A stretch of DNA of 64,000 bases from Planctomycetota bacterium. GTDB taxonomy: Bacteria > Planctomycetota > UBA8108 > SXIK01. The stretch's first letter is position 1; each line of letters opens with the position of its first letter. The stretch spans positions 448,001 through 512,000 of the forward strand of contig CBDCXR010000004.1 of NCBI GenBank assembly GCA_965223845.1, given 5' to 3'. Shown here one piece after another: positions 20,376 to 30,975 of the stretch. A program made the position numbers and the translations under genes. The notes under the pieces are model-generated. The model worked only from the letters and a program-made list of their open reading frames with translations. It searched no databases and was not told the origin of the DNA.

Positions 20376-21953
20376 CTAAAGAGGCATGTTCCCGTGCTTT
20401 TTCGCCGGAATCCCCTGTCGCTTCGTTCTGAGGAGCGCGAGGCACTCGACGAGACGCCGGCGAGTCGTTCGCGGCGCGATGATGTCGTCGACGAAGCCCT
20501 CTTCCGCCGCTCGGAGAGGATTCGCGAAGTGCTCGCGATACTCTTCGACACGCTGCGCTTCGATCTCATCCGGCGCCGGTGAGCTCGCGATCTCCTTCCG
20601 GTGGAGGATTTGCACTGCGCCCTTGGCTCCGAGCACGGCGATTTCGGCCGACGGCCACGCGAAGTTGTAGTCGGCGCGGATGTGCTTCGAGCCCATCACG
20701 TTGTACGCGCCGCCGTAGGCCTTGCGCACGATCACAGTGATCATCGGCACCGTTGCTTCGCAGTAGGCGTATAGGAGCTTCGCGCCGTGACGGATGATGC
20801 CCGCGTGCTCCTGCTGGGTACCGGGAAGGAAGCCCGGGACGTCGACGAAAGTGACGAGCGGGAGATTGAAGCAGTCGCAGAATCGGATGAAGCGCGCTCC
20901 CTTTACGCTGCCGTCGATATCGAGCGTGCCGGCGAGGTGCATCGGTTGATTGGCGACGATGCCGACGGCTTCGCCGGCGACGCGAGCGAATCCCGTCACC
21001 ATGTTTCGCCCGTGGTGACGCTGCACTTCGTAGAAACTGTCCGCGTCGACACAAGCTTCGATCACGCGTGCCATGTCGTAGGGCTTCCCGGCGTCGGGCG
21101 GGACGATCGTGTCGAGCTCGGGGCTCTCGCGGTGCGGAGGGTCGTCGCACGGTTCGACCGGCGATCGCGAGCGGTTGTTGTCGGGGAGGTACGCGAGGAG
21201 CTGCCGGATCCCGTCCATGCAGTCCGCTTCGTTCGGTGCGAGAAAGTGAGCCACTCCACTCGCTTCGTTGTGAACGCGCGCGCCGCCGAGCTCTTCGTGA
21301 TCGACCTCCTCGTGCGTCACGGTTTTCACGACGCTCGGCCCTGTGAGGTACATGTAGCTGGTCCGCTCGACCATGAAGATGAAATCGGTCAGTGCAGGAG
21401 AATAGACCGCACCGCCGGCGCACGGACCGAGCACGGCGGAGATCTGCGGGACGACACCCGAAGCGAGCGTGTTGCGAAGAAAGATTTCCGCGTAGCCGGC
21501 GAGACTCGCAACTCCCTCCTGAATGCGCGCGCCGCCGGAGTCGTTGAGGCCGATGATCGGCGCACCTACGCGCGTCGCGGTGTCGATGGTCTTCAGGATC
21601 TTTCGCGCATTGGCGGATGAAAGGCTGCCACCGTGGACCGTGAAGTCCTGGCTGTAGATGAACACCGTTCGGCCGTCGATGCTCCCGCTTCCCGTAACTA
21701 CGCCGTCTCCTGCGTGCGGCGCCTGCGCGAGGCGGTTCGACGCTGGCCGTGGTGCGACGAGCGCGTCGACTTCGCGGAAGCTTCCCTCGTCGAGCAGAAG
21801 ATGCAGGCGCTCTCGTGCGGTGAGCTTTCCCTTGGCGTGCTGAGCATCGACGCGCGCCTTGCCGCCACCCTCGAGGCTCTGCTGCCGGAGAGCGGCGACG
21901 CGTTCGTCGATGGACGCGGCGGAGATCGGAGTGGTCGAGTGCGGATCACTCAC
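20376..21953 (-). CDS. pccB: Propionyl-CoA carboxylase beta (carboxyltransferase) subunit
   Basis: [63 protein letters not shown]; GTG start at 21953. Confidence 0.93.
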   Translation of the reverse strand: MSDPHSTTPISAASIDERVAALRQQSLEGGGKARVDAQHAKGKLTARERLHLLLDEGSFREVDALVAPRPASNRLAQAPHAGDGVVTGSGSIDGRTVFIYSQDFTVHGGSLSSANARKILKTIDTATRVGAPIIGLNDSGGARIQEGVASLAGYAEIFLRNTLASGVVPQISAVLGPCAGGAVYSPALTDFIFMVERTSYMYLTGPSVVKTVTHEEVDHEELGGARVHNEASGVAHFLAPNEADCMDGIRQLLAYLPDNNRSRSPVEPCDDPPHRESPELDTIVPPDAGKPYDMARVIEACVDADSFYEVQRHHGRNMVTGFARVAGEAVGIVANQPMHLAGTLDIDGSVKGARFIRFCDCFNLPLVTFVDVPGFLPGTQQEHAGIIRHGAKLLYAYCEATVPMITVIVRKAYGGAYNVMGSKHIRADYNFAWPSAEIAVLGAKGAVQILHRKEIASSPAPDEIEAQRVEEYREHFANPLRAAEEGFVDDIIAPRTTRRRLVECLALLRTKRQGIPAKKHGNMPL

Positions 21954-22392
21954 GAGAGTCCTCCTCTCCGGCGGAATCGCCCTCGCGAATGAACTCGAAG
22001 AGGACGCCGTCGGCGCCGCGCGGGTGAACGAAGAAGACTTCGCTTCCCTCGGCCCCGCGCCGCGGGCTCTCGTCGAGAACGGGGACATCGCGCGCACGTA
22101 GCTCGGCGAGGACTTCGCCGAGGTCGCGCTCGCCGCGTGTGAGCGCGATGTGGTGAACGCCCCGCCGGCCTTTCTTGAGAAAACGTGCGATGGCGCTGTC
22201 CTCGCGCGACGAACCGAGCAGCTCGAGGCGGCAGTTGCCGAGATCGAAGAATGACACTCGAACGCCCTCGGAAGGGACTTCTTCGATAGGTGATGCCGAG
22301 ATGCCGAGAAGAGCCGCGTAACGCTCGCGCGCCGCTTCGAGATCATCGACTGCGATTCCGATGTGCGCGACTGCGACGGCTTCGTCACTCAT
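21946..22392 (-). CDS. mce: Methylmalonyl-CoA epimerase
   Basis: HIGIAV, LELL, GVHHIA, GAEG...FVHP...GVLFE (VOC family); operon context. Confidence 0.92.
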   Translation of the reverse strand: MSDEAVAVAHIGIAVDDLEAARERYAALLGISASPIEEVPSEGVRVSFFDLGNCRLELLGSSREDSAIARFLKKGRRGVHHIALTRGERDLGEVLAELRARDVPVLDESPRRGAEGSEVFFVHPRGADGVLFEFIREGDSAGEEDSRE

Positions 22393-22802
22393 CGCTTCAC
22401 CTCCTCGTTCAGGAACTCCACGATCTCACGCATCGTCGACGACGGTCCGAACACGCGGCGCAGACCGGACGCGAGGAGCCGAGGAGTGTCGTCCGGGGGG
22501 ATCGTTCCGCCGCCGAAGAGAACGACGCGGCCCAGATCGATCGACTGTTCGCGCAGCGCTGCTGCTACCGCGGGAAAGAGGCTCAGGTGTGCCCCGGAGA
22601 GATTTGAAACACCGACAGCATCGACGTCTTCCTGCGCGGCGGCGAGCGCGATTCCGGCGGGCGTCGCCCGGAGGCCGGTGTAGATGACTTCCATCCCGGC
22701 GTCGCGGAGCGACTTGATGAGAACTTTGATTCCGCGGTCGTGCCCGTCGAGTCCGGGCTTCGCGAGGAGAACGCGGATGGGGCGAGCGCCGGCCTCGGTC
22801 AT
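22389..22802 (-). CDS. Methylmalonyl-CoA mutase B12-binding (C-terminal) subunit
   Basis: [10 protein letters not shown] (DxHxxG), [21 protein letters not shown]. Confidence 0.92.
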   Translation of the reverse strand: MTEAGARPIRVLLAKPGLDGHDRGIKVLIKSLRDAGMEVIYTGLRATPAGIALAAAQEDVDAVGVSNLSGAHLSLFPAVAAALREQSIDLGRVVLFGGGTIPPDDTPRLLASGLRRVFGPSSTMREIVEFLNEEVKR

Positions 22803-24379
22803 TCGCGGTGCTCCCCGAACACGTCCGCGAGGGCACCGGACATTTCGCCGATCGTCCCGCCCGCGTGGGCGCACGCGATGAGAGGAGGGAGGACGTTCTC
22901 GCCCGCACGCGCCGCGCCGACGAGTGCGGTCAACGCGGCTTTCGATTCACCGGCGTTTCGCTTCTCCTTAAAGTGCGTGAGACGCTCGATGCGCTGGTGC
23001 TCGAGGCGCGGATCGACTCTCTCGATCGGGACTTCGCTCGCCGCGCCTTCGGAGCGAAATCGGTTCACGCCGACGACGACGCGTTCGCCGGAGTCGACGG
23101 CGCGGAGATGCCGATAGGCTTCTTCTTCGATGAGCGCCTGCTGGTAGCCTTCCTCGACGGCGCGCACGGCGCCACCGAGGTGATCGATCTCTCGGATGAT
23201 CCTCTCGGCCTCCTCCTCGAGTGCGTCGGTGATGGCTTCGACGGCCGGTGCGCCGCCGAACGGATCGGCGACGTCCGCGAGCCCGGACTCGTAGGCGATG
23301 ATCTGCTGCGTGCGAAGCGCCGTCCGCGCCGACGTCTCGCTCGGAAGGCCGAGCGCTTCGTCCATGCCGTTCGTGTGGAGCGACTGCGTCCCACCGAGAA
23401 CGGCGGCGAGCGCCTGAATCGTCACGCGGACGACGTTGTTCTCCGGTTCGACGGACGTGAGCGTCGAGCCCGCCGTCTGGGTGTGGAACCGCATCCGCGC
23501 GCACGCGGGATCATCGATTCGAAATCGTTCGCGTACGATCTTCGCCCATAGGCGCCGAGCGGCGCGGAACTTTCCGATTTCTTCGAGCAGGTGGTTGTGT
23601 GCGTTCCAGAAGAAGGACACTCGACGCGTCACGGTGGCGAGGTCGAGGCCGCGATCGCGGGCGACGGTCAGGTACTCGATGGCGTTTGCGAGCGTGAAGC
23701 CGACTTCTTGCGGAGCGGTGCAACCGGCCTCACGCATGTGGTAGCCGCTGATGCTGATCGGGTTCCACCGGGGGAGGTTCTCGGCGCAATAGGCGAAGAT
23801 GTCACCGGTCAATCGCAGCGACGGCTGAACCGGCATGCGGTAGGTCCGACGGGCGATGAACTCCTTCAGCATGTCGTTCTGCAGCGTTCCGCGCAGCGCG
23901 CTGAGCGGCGTGCCGCGGCGCTCGGCGACGGTGACGAGAAACGCGAGCAGCATCGCGGCCGTCGAGTTGATCGTCATCGAGATGCTCACCTCCTCGAGCG
24001 GAATTCCCTCGAGGAGCGCCTCCATGTCATCGGCGCAGGAGATCGGCACGCCGACCTTGCCCACCTCGCCCGCGGCGAGAGGATGGTCCGAGTCGTAACC
24101 GATCTGCGTCGGGAGGTCGAAGGCGACGCTGAGGCCCGTCTGCCCCTCGCCGAGAAGAAAGTGGAAGCGCCGATTCGTTTCGCTCGCGTCGCCGAATCCC
24201 GAATACTGACGGAAGGTCCACAGCCGTCCGCGGTACATCGTCTCGTGGATGCCGCGAGTGAACGGATATTCGCCGGGTCGCTCCGCGGGTCGCTCGGCCG
24301 GGTAGACCGGCGCGAGCACAGTGCCGGAGGGCGTCGTGCGTTCGGAGCTCGCCGTGGGTTCAGGGCTGGGGGGGCTCAT
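22799..24379 (-). CDS. Methylmalonyl-CoA mutase substrate-binding (N-terminal) subunit
   Basis: [16 protein letters not shown] (Tyr specificity residue), [35 protein letters not shown]. Confidence 0.93.
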   Translation of the reverse strand: MSPPSPEPTASSERTTPSGTVLAPVYPAERPAERPGEYPFTRGIHETMYRGRLWTFRQYSGFGDASETNRRFHFLLGEGQTGLSVAFDLPTQIGYDSDHPLAAGEVGKVGVPISCADDMEALLEGIPLEEVSISMTINSTAAMLLAFLVTVAERRGTPLSALRGTLQNDMLKEFIARRTYRMPVQPSLRLTGDIFAYCAENLPRWNPISISGYHMREAGCTAPQEVGFTLANAIEYLTVARDRGLDLATVTRRVSFFWNAHNHLLEEIGKFRAARRLWAKIVRERFRIDDPACARMRFHTQTAGSTLTSVEPENNVVRVTIQALAAVLGGTQSLHTNGMDEALGLPSETSARTALRTQQIIAYESGLADVADPFGGAPAVEAITDALEEEAERIIREIDHLGGAVRAVEEGYQQALIEEEAYRHLRAVDSGERVVVGVNRFRSEGAASEVPIERVDPRLEHQRIERLTHFKEKRNAGESKAALTALVGAARAGENVLPPLIACAHAGGTIGEMSGALADVFGEHRE

Positions 24380-25145
24380 AGATAACTTCTCCGGCCGTCA
24401 CCGAAACGATGTCCGGCGCGGAACCGTGATCGGTGCGCTCGACGAGGAGCTCGCCGTGCGCGCCTAGGCCCTGCACGACTCCGCGCCAGCCGGCTCGCGC
24501 TTCCGTGCGCACTTCGACGCGGCGCCCGCAGTGGGCGAGATCGGTACCTACCAGTTCCGGTATCGACCGCCCCGAATTGAACTCTTCATAGCGCGGCCAG
24601 AAGTTCTCGAGGATCCGCCGCGCGATCGTCTCGGGGTCGGTCGTTACCGGGCTTCCGGCCGTGACGAGAGACGTCGCGATGGCTTCGATCTCAGGCGGCA
24701 TCTCGGCGCGTCGATCGCCGAAATCGATATTGATCCCGATTCCCATCGCGATCCACGCGTTTTCCGCGTCGCTGCGGACTTCGCCCAAGATGCCCCCGAT
24801 CTTGCGCGACCCGACCTGGAGGTCGTTCGGCCAGTAGAGCTCGACATCGGGCACGCCGATGTGGATGAGCGTGCGTCGCACCGCCGCTCCGGCAACGAGC
24901 GATAATCCCGACCAGACGGCGCGATCGCGCGTCGGGCGGAGGAGCACGGACATCCAGAGTCCCGCGCCGCTCGGGCTCCACCACGATCGGCGGACGCGCC
25001 CGCGGCCGCGCGTTTGCGCTTCGGCGAGGTGCGTCGTTCCTTCGGGCGCACCGGCGGCGCCGGCCTCGAGGATGGTGTCGTTCGTCGACGTGACGACACC
25101 GAGCTGATGAAGTGGGAACTCGGGCTGCACTCGGTCTTCCGGCAT
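24360..25145 (-). CDS. birA: Biotin--protein ligase (no N-terminal HTH)
   Basis: STN, AEAQTRGRGR, WPND, KIGGIL, GIGIN; first gene of the carboxylase operon. Confidence 0.9.
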   Translation of the reverse strand: MPEDRVQPEFPLHQLGVVTSTNDTILEAGAAGAPEGTTHLAEAQTRGRGRVRRSWWSPSGAGLWMSVLLRPTRDRAVWSGLSLVAGAAVRRTLIHIGVPDVELYWPNDLQVGSRKIGGILGEVRSDAENAWIAMGIGINIDFGDRRAEMPPEIEAIATSLVTAGSPVTTDPETIARRILENFWPRYEEFNSGRSIPELVGTDLAHCGRRVEVRTEARAGWRGVVQGLGAHGELLVERTDHGSAPDIVSVTAGEVIYEPPQP

Positions 25146-25296
25146 GCATTCCTCCGTGTGCGCCGGTAGGATCGGCCGTGGATTGGACGGCGCGCCTCGT
25201 GGTCGAGGACGGCGACGGCCATCGTACTGCGGGAGGCCGCCGTCGGGACCCTCGCTCCTCGACCTCGCGCGTCGTCCGCGCCCTCGACGCGTTGCC

Positions 25297-25623
25297 ATGA
25301 ACGAACCCGATATGGACACGACCAACGACGATCCGGTCGAAGGAGATCGTCTCCTCACGACGGCGGAGATCTTGTCGGCCTGCGGGATCACGCACCAAGT
25401 TCTCTATCGGTACGAGACCTTGGGCCTCATTCGCGCGGCGGGGCGAAGTCCGAGCGGAAAGCGGCTCTTTCTCCGGCGGGTCGTGGACATGGTCGAGCTC
25501 ATCCAAAGGCTCAACCGATCGGGATACTCGCTGCGCGAGATCAAAGCGATCTACTTCAAGGACGATCGCGTCGCGCGCGCGGCGGGAGAACCCGGGGAGC
25601 CGAAGCGCGACTCTGGCGCCTGA
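25297..25623 (+). CDS. MerR-family HTH regulator
   Basis: LLTTAEIL...QVLYRYETLGLI...GKRLF...GYSLREIK. Confidence 0.8.
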   Translation: MNEPDMDTTNDDPVEGDRLLTTAEILSACGITHQVLYRYETLGLIRAAGRSPSGKRLFLRRVVDMVELIQRLNRSGYSLREIKAIYFKDDRVARAAGEPGEPKRDSGA

Positions 25624-25705
25624 ACGAGAGTGCGGGGGACATCGCAGGACGCCGCCCCGCGGAGACAGGGCCGAGCTCGAGAACGCAGGGCGGGCCGGAC
25701 GACCG

Positions 25706-25990
25706 TCAGCGCCGAAAGAGCTCCTCCCAAGTCGAGCGGGCGCGACTCACTTTCTCCTCCATCGCGAGGAGGCGCGTGTCGGCCATGCGAAACTCCTCGC
25801 AGTAGTTGAGCGTGTCGCGACTCCCGACGAACGACGTGTGGGGGAGACTACAGTTTCGATTCTGGTGATCGAACCGCTGGCAATTGAGGCAGCAGTGAAG
25901 GTACGCGCCGCACCCCTCGCAGACCTCGCGTGCGCGAGGCTGACTGCCCACGCCGTTCCACCGCGTGCTACAGCGATAGCACTTCTTCAT
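25706..25990 (-). CDS. Small Cys-rich (putative metal-binding) conserved hypothetical protein
   Basis: MKKCYRC...CEGC...LHCCLNC...NYCEEF...WEELF; purine-rich stretch before the ATG. Confidence 0.7.
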   Translation of the reverse strand: MKKCYRCSTRWNGVGSQPRAREVCEGCGAYLHCCLNCQRFDHQNRNCSLPHTSFVGSRDTLNYCEEFRMADTRLLAMEEKVSRARSTWEELFRR

Positions 25991-26388
25991 GGTCTCTTCT
26001 CGCTTCTTTTCGTTCGCGGCGATCGGCTCGCGACGTCTTCCGGAGGGAGGACACCGCGGGCCGGGGTGCCGCACCGGAACTCCTCCGTCCGGGGCGGCGT
26101 GCGCCGGTTCCGTGCTGTTATCGGAAGCTCGCCGAGCGATCGAGGTTCGTTATCGGCGTCCGAAAGATCGAACTCGAACGCTGATTCTCGCGGCGAGGGC
26201 TCCTCAGCTCCTCGCCCTCGATCGAACGGGCGGGCGGATTGTCTCGAATGGGACGTTCGATTGCAACCCGAGAGCGACCCGGGGGCCTCGCTCGTCGGAC
26301 GCGGGCTGAACTCGGAGCAAAGTCGGACGTGCCGAACCGCCGATCGAAGAGCAAGCCGTGCTTCGCGCGGTCGGTCCCGTTTTCCACC

Positions 26389-26416
26389 TTGTGTGGAATC
26401 CTAGGGGCCGTATAAT
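26389..26416 (+). promoter_or_regulatory. Sigma-70 promoter upstream of structured leader and fusA
   Basis: TTGTGT-16 nt-TATAAT. Confidence 0.5.
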
Positions 26417-26441
26417 CCGAAGTTTCGTCCCGAGATTGCCT

Positions 26442-26709
26442 TGTGGTGATCACCCGGTGGCGAATCCCCGGCCGGAGACCAGTCCCTTGGACGGTTCGAA
26501 GCTCTACTCAACGGACCCAGCCCGGAGCCGCCGCGAGTTCGCGGGGGACGCCGGTCTACTGTCCGTCCGGGTTTAGAGCTTCCTCCTCCGACCCCTCTTC
26601 CGCGGCGACGACTCGTCTCGAGCCCGGACTTTCGCTCCTCGCGGCGTCCAGCCCGAGCGGCGGAAAACCCGGAGCGATTCCGAGCTGGTTCGTTCCGGCC
26701 GAGTCCACA
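26442..26709 (+). ncRNA. Putative structured RNA / long 5' leader of unknown class
   Basis: Nested complementary arms: AGTCC/GGACT, GACG/CGTC, GAAGCTCTA/TAGAGCTTC, ACGGAC/GTCCGT, CCGCG/CGCGG; outer arms CGGCCGGA/TCCGGCCG and TGTGG/CCACA. Confidence 0.4.
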
Positions 26710-26840
26710 GCCGCGGGTCGGCGCACTTCGCCGGCGATATCTTTGCGCGCTAGTTGAACGAGCTCGCCGTGAGTTCCGTCTTAGAAAACAGCGAATCCGA
26801 CCAAGACCGCGGACCTCGTCCGCCAGGGAGCCAGAAGATC

Positions 26841-28937
26841 GTGTCCTCGGTAGCGGCCCAGCCCAAGAAAAAGAACTCCAAGCGTTCACCCCTCGAGAAG
26901 CTTCGCAACATCGGCGTCGTCGCCCACATCGACAGCGGAAAGACGACCGTCACGGAGCGTATGCTCAAGCTCACCGGCCGTATCCACCGGATCGGAGAAG
27001 TCCACGACGGCGAGGCGGAGATGGACTTCATGAAGGAGGAGCAGGAGCGAGGCATCACGATCGGCTCCGCGGTGACGAACTTCGGTTGGGGGGAGACCCG
27101 GATCAATCTGATCGACACTCCGGGACACGTCGACTTCACCGCCGAGGTCGAGAGATCGCTGCGGGTCCTCGACGGCGCCATCCTCGTGATCGACTCGGTG
27201 GCCGGCGCGCAGGCGCAGAGTGAAACGGTCAATCGGCAGATGAATCGCTACGACGTCTGCCGCATCGCATTCGTGAACAAGATGGACCGCGTCGGAGCGA
27301 GCTTCGGTGCAGCCGTCGACTCTCTGCGCACTCGACTCCATCTGCATGCAGAAGCCGTGCAGATTCCGGTCGGGGAAGGCGCGGATTTCTCCGCGACCAT
27401 CGACCTCGTCGCGATGAAGCAGATTTGCTTTCCCGAAAAGTCGGACGACCCCGCGGACTTCGTCGTCCGGGATATCGACGAGTCTGAGCTCGAGCGCGCG
27501 CTCGGGGCGCGCCACAAGCTCCTCGAGACGCTGTCGATGTGGGACGACGAACTGATGGAACTCGTCCTCGAAGAGACGGATCCACCGGTCGAGCTCGTCA
27601 AGCGCGTCATTCGTCGCGCGGTTCTCAGCGAGAAATTCGTTCCGGTCTTCCTCGGTTCGGCTCTGCGCAACCGGGGCGTGCCGGCGCTCCTCGACGCGGT
27701 CGTCGACTACCTCCCGAACCCGCTCGACAAGGGCGCGGTTCAGGGGCGGGATCCGGCGACGGATGAGCCTCGGGCGTACCCACCGGAGCCGGATGCCGAT
27801 CTCGGAGCGCTCGTGTTCAAGACGGTCCACTATTCGACGGGTGACCTTACCTTCGTGCGGGTCTACTCGGGGACGTTCGAGTCGGGCGAAGGACTCTACA
27901 ATCCGCGACTCAAGCGACACGAGCGCATCGGTCGACTGTACCAGGTGCACGCGAAATCGCGCGAGCCCGTCGAGCGGGCGACCGCCGGCGAGATCGTCGC
28001 CTGCATGGGACTCAAGGAGAGCGCGACCGGCGACTCGCTCTGCCGGAAGAAGAATCCGATCGCGTACGGAGCGACGAACTTCGCGCGGCCGGTGATCTCG
28101 ATGGCGATCGAGCCGGTGGCGAGCAGCGATCGCGATAAGCTCGGTCACGTGCTCGGCTTGATCGCGAGGGAGGATCCGACGTTCTTCGTCGCGACCGATC
28201 GCGACACCGGCGAGACCGTCATCTCCGGCATGGGTGAGCTCCACCTCGAGGTGGTCTCGCACCGGATCCGCGACGAGTTCAAGATTGCCGTCGTGACCGG
28301 AAAGCCGCGCGTCGCCTACCGTCAAACGCTTTCGAAGGACGCGAAGTTCGAGACACGCCACGTGAAGCAGACTGGCGGCTCCGGCCAATTCGCGGTCGTG
28401 GTCGCCGAGTTCGAGCCGATCGAAGGCGAAGAGATCGAGTGCACCGACACGATCACGCAAGGGCGCGTGACGAAGGAGTTCCTCGCCGCGTTCGCCCGCG
28501 GAGTGCGCGAGTACTTCGAGGGTGGGGGACAGCGCGGGGCGCAGATCCTCGGCGTTCGCTGTACCGTGATCGACGGTCAGATGCACGACGTCGACTCGAG
28601 CCAGGTCGCGTTCTACGCCTGCGGCGTGCAGGCGGCTCGACGCGCCGAAGAGCTGTGCGCCCCCGTTCTCCTCGAGCCGATCATGGCGGTCGAGGTCTCC
28701 GTTCCCGAAGAGTATCTCGGCGGCGTGCTCGGCGATCTCAACTCGCGTCGAGGTACGGTGCAGAACCTCGTGGACGAGGCTCAGAATCGCGTCGTGCAAG
28801 CGCGCGTCCCGCTCGCCGAGCTCTCCGCGTACTCGACGACGCTTCGCAGCGTGACGAGCGGACGCGGCGACTACTCGATGGAGCCGGCCGGGTATCAGCC
28901 GGTTCCGCCGGCAGTCCTCGCGAAGATGCGGGGCTGA
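26841..28937 (+). CDS. fusA: Elongation factor G (stand-alone paralog, outside the str operon)
   Basis: RNIGVVAHIDSGKTT, EQERGITI, DTPGHVDF, NKMD, GMGELHL, KQTGGSGQF, LLEPIM; start uncertain. Confidence 0.92.
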   Translation: MSSVAAQPKKKNSKRSPLEKLRNIGVVAHIDSGKTTVTERMLKLTGRIHRIGEVHDGEAEMDFMKEEQERGITIGSAVTNFGWGETRINLIDTPGHVDFTAEVERSLRVLDGAILVIDSVAGAQAQSETVNRQMNRYDVCRIAFVNKMDRVGASFGAAVDSLRTRLHLHAEAVQIPVGEGADFSATIDLVAMKQICFPEKSDDPADFVVRDIDESELERALGARHKLLETLSMWDDELMELVLEETDPPVELVKRVIRRAVLSEKFVPVFLGSALRNRGVPALLDAVVDYLPNPLDKGAVQGRDPATDEPRAYPPEPDADLGALVFKTVHYSTGDLTFVRVYSGTFESGEGLYNPRLKRHERIGRLYQVHAKSREPVERATAGEIVACMGLKESATGDSLCRKKNPIAYGATNFARPVISMAIEPVASSDRDKLGHVLGLIAREDPTFFVATDRDTGETVISGMGELHLEVVSHRIRDEFKIAVVTGKPRVAYRQTLSKDAKFETRHVKQTGGSGQFAVVVAEFEPIEGEEIECTDTITQGRVTKEFLAAFARGVREYFEGGGQRGAQILGVRCTVIDGQMHDVDSSQVAFYACGVQAARRAEELCAPVLLEPIMAVEVSVPEEYLGGVLGDLNSRRGTVQNLVDEAQNRVVQARVPLAELSAYSTTLRSVTSGRGDYSMEPAGYQPVPPAVLAKMRG

Positions 28938-29094
28938 TCCGCGTCGTCGTTTGAGCGCCCCCGGTCGCTTGCGATCGCACGCGACTTGCGAGCAACCGAG
29001 GGCGCCGCTTCGAGGCCGGGATCATCGTTCTCGCTCCCGATCTCGCCGCACTGGGTCGTTGACGAGCTCTCGGGCCGGCCCGTACGGTGGCGAT

Positions 29095-29913
29095 ATGGCT
29101 CGGCTGATCATCTTCGACGAGCGCGTACGCGCAATCGACTTGCCGAACCGCCCGGTGGTGATCGGGCGGTCCCTCAAGTCGGACATCCCCATTCGCGATC
29201 GACTGCTGTCGCGGCGGCACTGTCAGATTTCGCCCCGTTCCGGGTCGAGCACCGGTGCGGCGGCGCGCAGCGAGGCCGTTTTCTCCGATCTTCGAAGCCA
29301 GAACGGTTCTTTCCTCAACGGCGTCCGCGTCGACGAAGCGAAGCTCGAGTTCGACGATGTGATCGAGATCGGCTCGACCGTGATGGTGTTTCTCGACACC
29401 GAAACCTGGGAGCGAGGTGAGGGGCTCACCAAGCTTCGCAACCCGGTCAAGGCGCAGGAACTCGTTCAGCGCCTGCGCCGCATCGCGCGGAGCGAGAACG
29501 GCGGCGATGCGGGCGGAGTCGAGAGAGCGACGGGGGCGGTCGCGACGGAGGCGGTCGAGGCCGAGTTCGCGCAGTGGGCGACGGGGCAGCTGCGGAAGTC
29601 GCCGTTTCTCGAAGAGCTCATCGCGGGCTACGTCTCTCAGCGGGTCGTCGCGATTTTCCTCCGGCGACTGCCGGAGCTTCGGCGGGCGATATCCGAAGCG
29701 ATCGATCGTGTCATGCTGCCGGAGTCGTTCGAGGGGGACGCCGAGTCGTTTCGTGCCGTCGTCGCCGACGCGGTGCGCGGTGCGCTCCGAGAGGTGGTGG
29801 GCGACGCCGAGAGCGGGACCCGGGACGACCGACCGAGCGCGGCCCGAGCGGGCGGCGGCGAGAAGAGCGACCCGCAGACCCCGACGGAAGGCGAAGAAGG
29901 AGCTCGCGAGTGA
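29095..29913 (+). CDS. FHA-domain protein with helical C-terminal domain
   Basis: IGRS...LSRRH...DLRSQNGSFLNG...DVIEIG (FHA GR/SxxH/NG signature). Confidence 0.88.
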   Translation: MARLIIFDERVRAIDLPNRPVVIGRSLKSDIPIRDRLLSRRHCQISPRSGSSTGAAARSEAVFSDLRSQNGSFLNGVRVDEAKLEFDDVIEIGSTVMVFLDTETWERGEGLTKLRNPVKAQELVQRLRRIARSENGGDAGGVERATGAVATEAVEAEFAQWATGQLRKSPFLEELIAGYVSQRVVAIFLRRLPELRRAISEAIDRVMLPESFEGDAESFRAVVADAVRGALREVVGDAESGTRDDRPSAARAGGGEKSDPQTPTEGEEGARE

Positions 29914-30830
29914 AAGCGACCGACGACGTCCGCACCCTCCTCAGTCAGGAGGAAGTCGACGCGCTCCTCGACGAGTCGAGCTCACCTGCGGGCGAGGAGC
30001 GAGCGGACGGCGATCCGCCCGCCTCTGCTCGACCGAGGATGATCGTCGCGTCGCGACGCGGTCCCGACGCACGCCTCCTGCGCGCGCGACTGCAAGCGAA
30101 CGGAGCGGTGGTCGATTCCCTCCGCGACGGTCTACGCATCCTCGACTTGCTGCGGGCGCGGAGCTACGGCCTCGTCGTCACCGATGCAGAGCTCTGGGCC
30201 GATCGCGCGGCGCTCCTCGTCGAGCGCACGGCCGAGATCGAGCCGCCCCCAGTCGTCGCGTTCTTCGTCGAGCGATCGACCGCGCGCTCGAGCCTCCCCG
30301 TCGGCGCCACCGTCATTCCCTGTCCGATTCCGGCGGGCCGCGTCGAGCTCACTGCGCGCGAGCTCGTGGCCGCGGCCGGTGCGACGGACCGATCGAGCGG
30401 AGTGGTGGCCGCGCTCGACCGCGCTCAACCGGAGAGCGAAGCCGAGGGCGAGACGTCGTGGCTGCGGTTCTTTCTCGAATCGCAGCGCGCGCTCTCGCGC
30501 GGAGGCGGGAGAGCCACGCTCAGAAGATCGATCGCCACGCTCGCGCGAGACGTGCTCGGCGCGCGGGCCGTTGGCGTGACGACGACGAGCGCCCACGGGT
30601 TCGAGCGGCTGGTCGTCGCGGAGGACGCCGATGCGGCCGCCCACTTCGACGTTGGCGATCGCGCGGAATTATCGGCGCGAGATCGCCGCGACGCGATCGT
30701 GATCGACGAGTGCGGCGAAACACTCGAGATCTCCGAACTCCCGAGCGCGGTGCGCGCTCTCGCGCTGGACTATCGGAACGATCTACGCGCGCTCGTCGAG
30801 AGGATCGCGCGCGCGGACGGAACGCGTTGA
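29910..30830 (+). CDS. Protein with N-terminal FliM-N-like peptide and degenerate receiver-like domain
   Basis: GTGA overlap with the FHA gene; LLSQEEVDALL; DGLRILDLLRARSYGLVVTD resembles the REC alpha2-beta3 segment. Confidence 0.6.
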   Translation: MKATDDVRTLLSQEEVDALLDESSSPAGEERADGDPPASARPRMIVASRRGPDARLLRARLQANGAVVDSLRDGLRILDLLRARSYGLVVTDAELWADRAALLVERTAEIEPPPVVAFFVERSTARSSLPVGATVIPCPIPAGRVELTARELVAAAGATDRSSGVVAALDRAQPESEAEGETSWLRFFLESQRALSRGGGRATLRRSIATLARDVLGARAVGVTTTSAHGFERLVVAEDADAAAHFDVGDRAELSARDRRDAIVIDECGETLEISELPSAVRALALDYRNDLRALVERIARADGTR

Positions 30831-30947
30831 TCGCGCTCGCTGTTACCGGCCCATCGCAGCAAGCGAGCGTGCATCACCATCGTTTGCGCATCGCCCGGAC
30901 CAGAAGCGTGCCGACACACGCACGCACCGCCGCTGCGTCCGCTCGAG

Positions 30948-30975
30948 TTGCCGGCTGATGCCCGCCGTGTATACT
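30948..30975 (+). promoter_or_regulatory. Sigma-70-like promoter
   Basis: TTGCCG-16 nt-TATACT upstream of the 31214 gene. Confidence 0.4.

Noticed and set aside
25297-25623. MerR protein as a B12-sensing CarH/LitR
   Set aside because: Only 108 aa and no cobalamin-binding domain.
26350-26640. RNase P RNA on the minus strand (GAGCGAAAGTCCGGGCTC resembles GAGGAAAGUCCGGGCUC)
   Set aside because: The 5' motif has an insertion, the other universal regions are not convincing, P4 pairing is imperfect and the promoter points the other way; cmscan would settle it.
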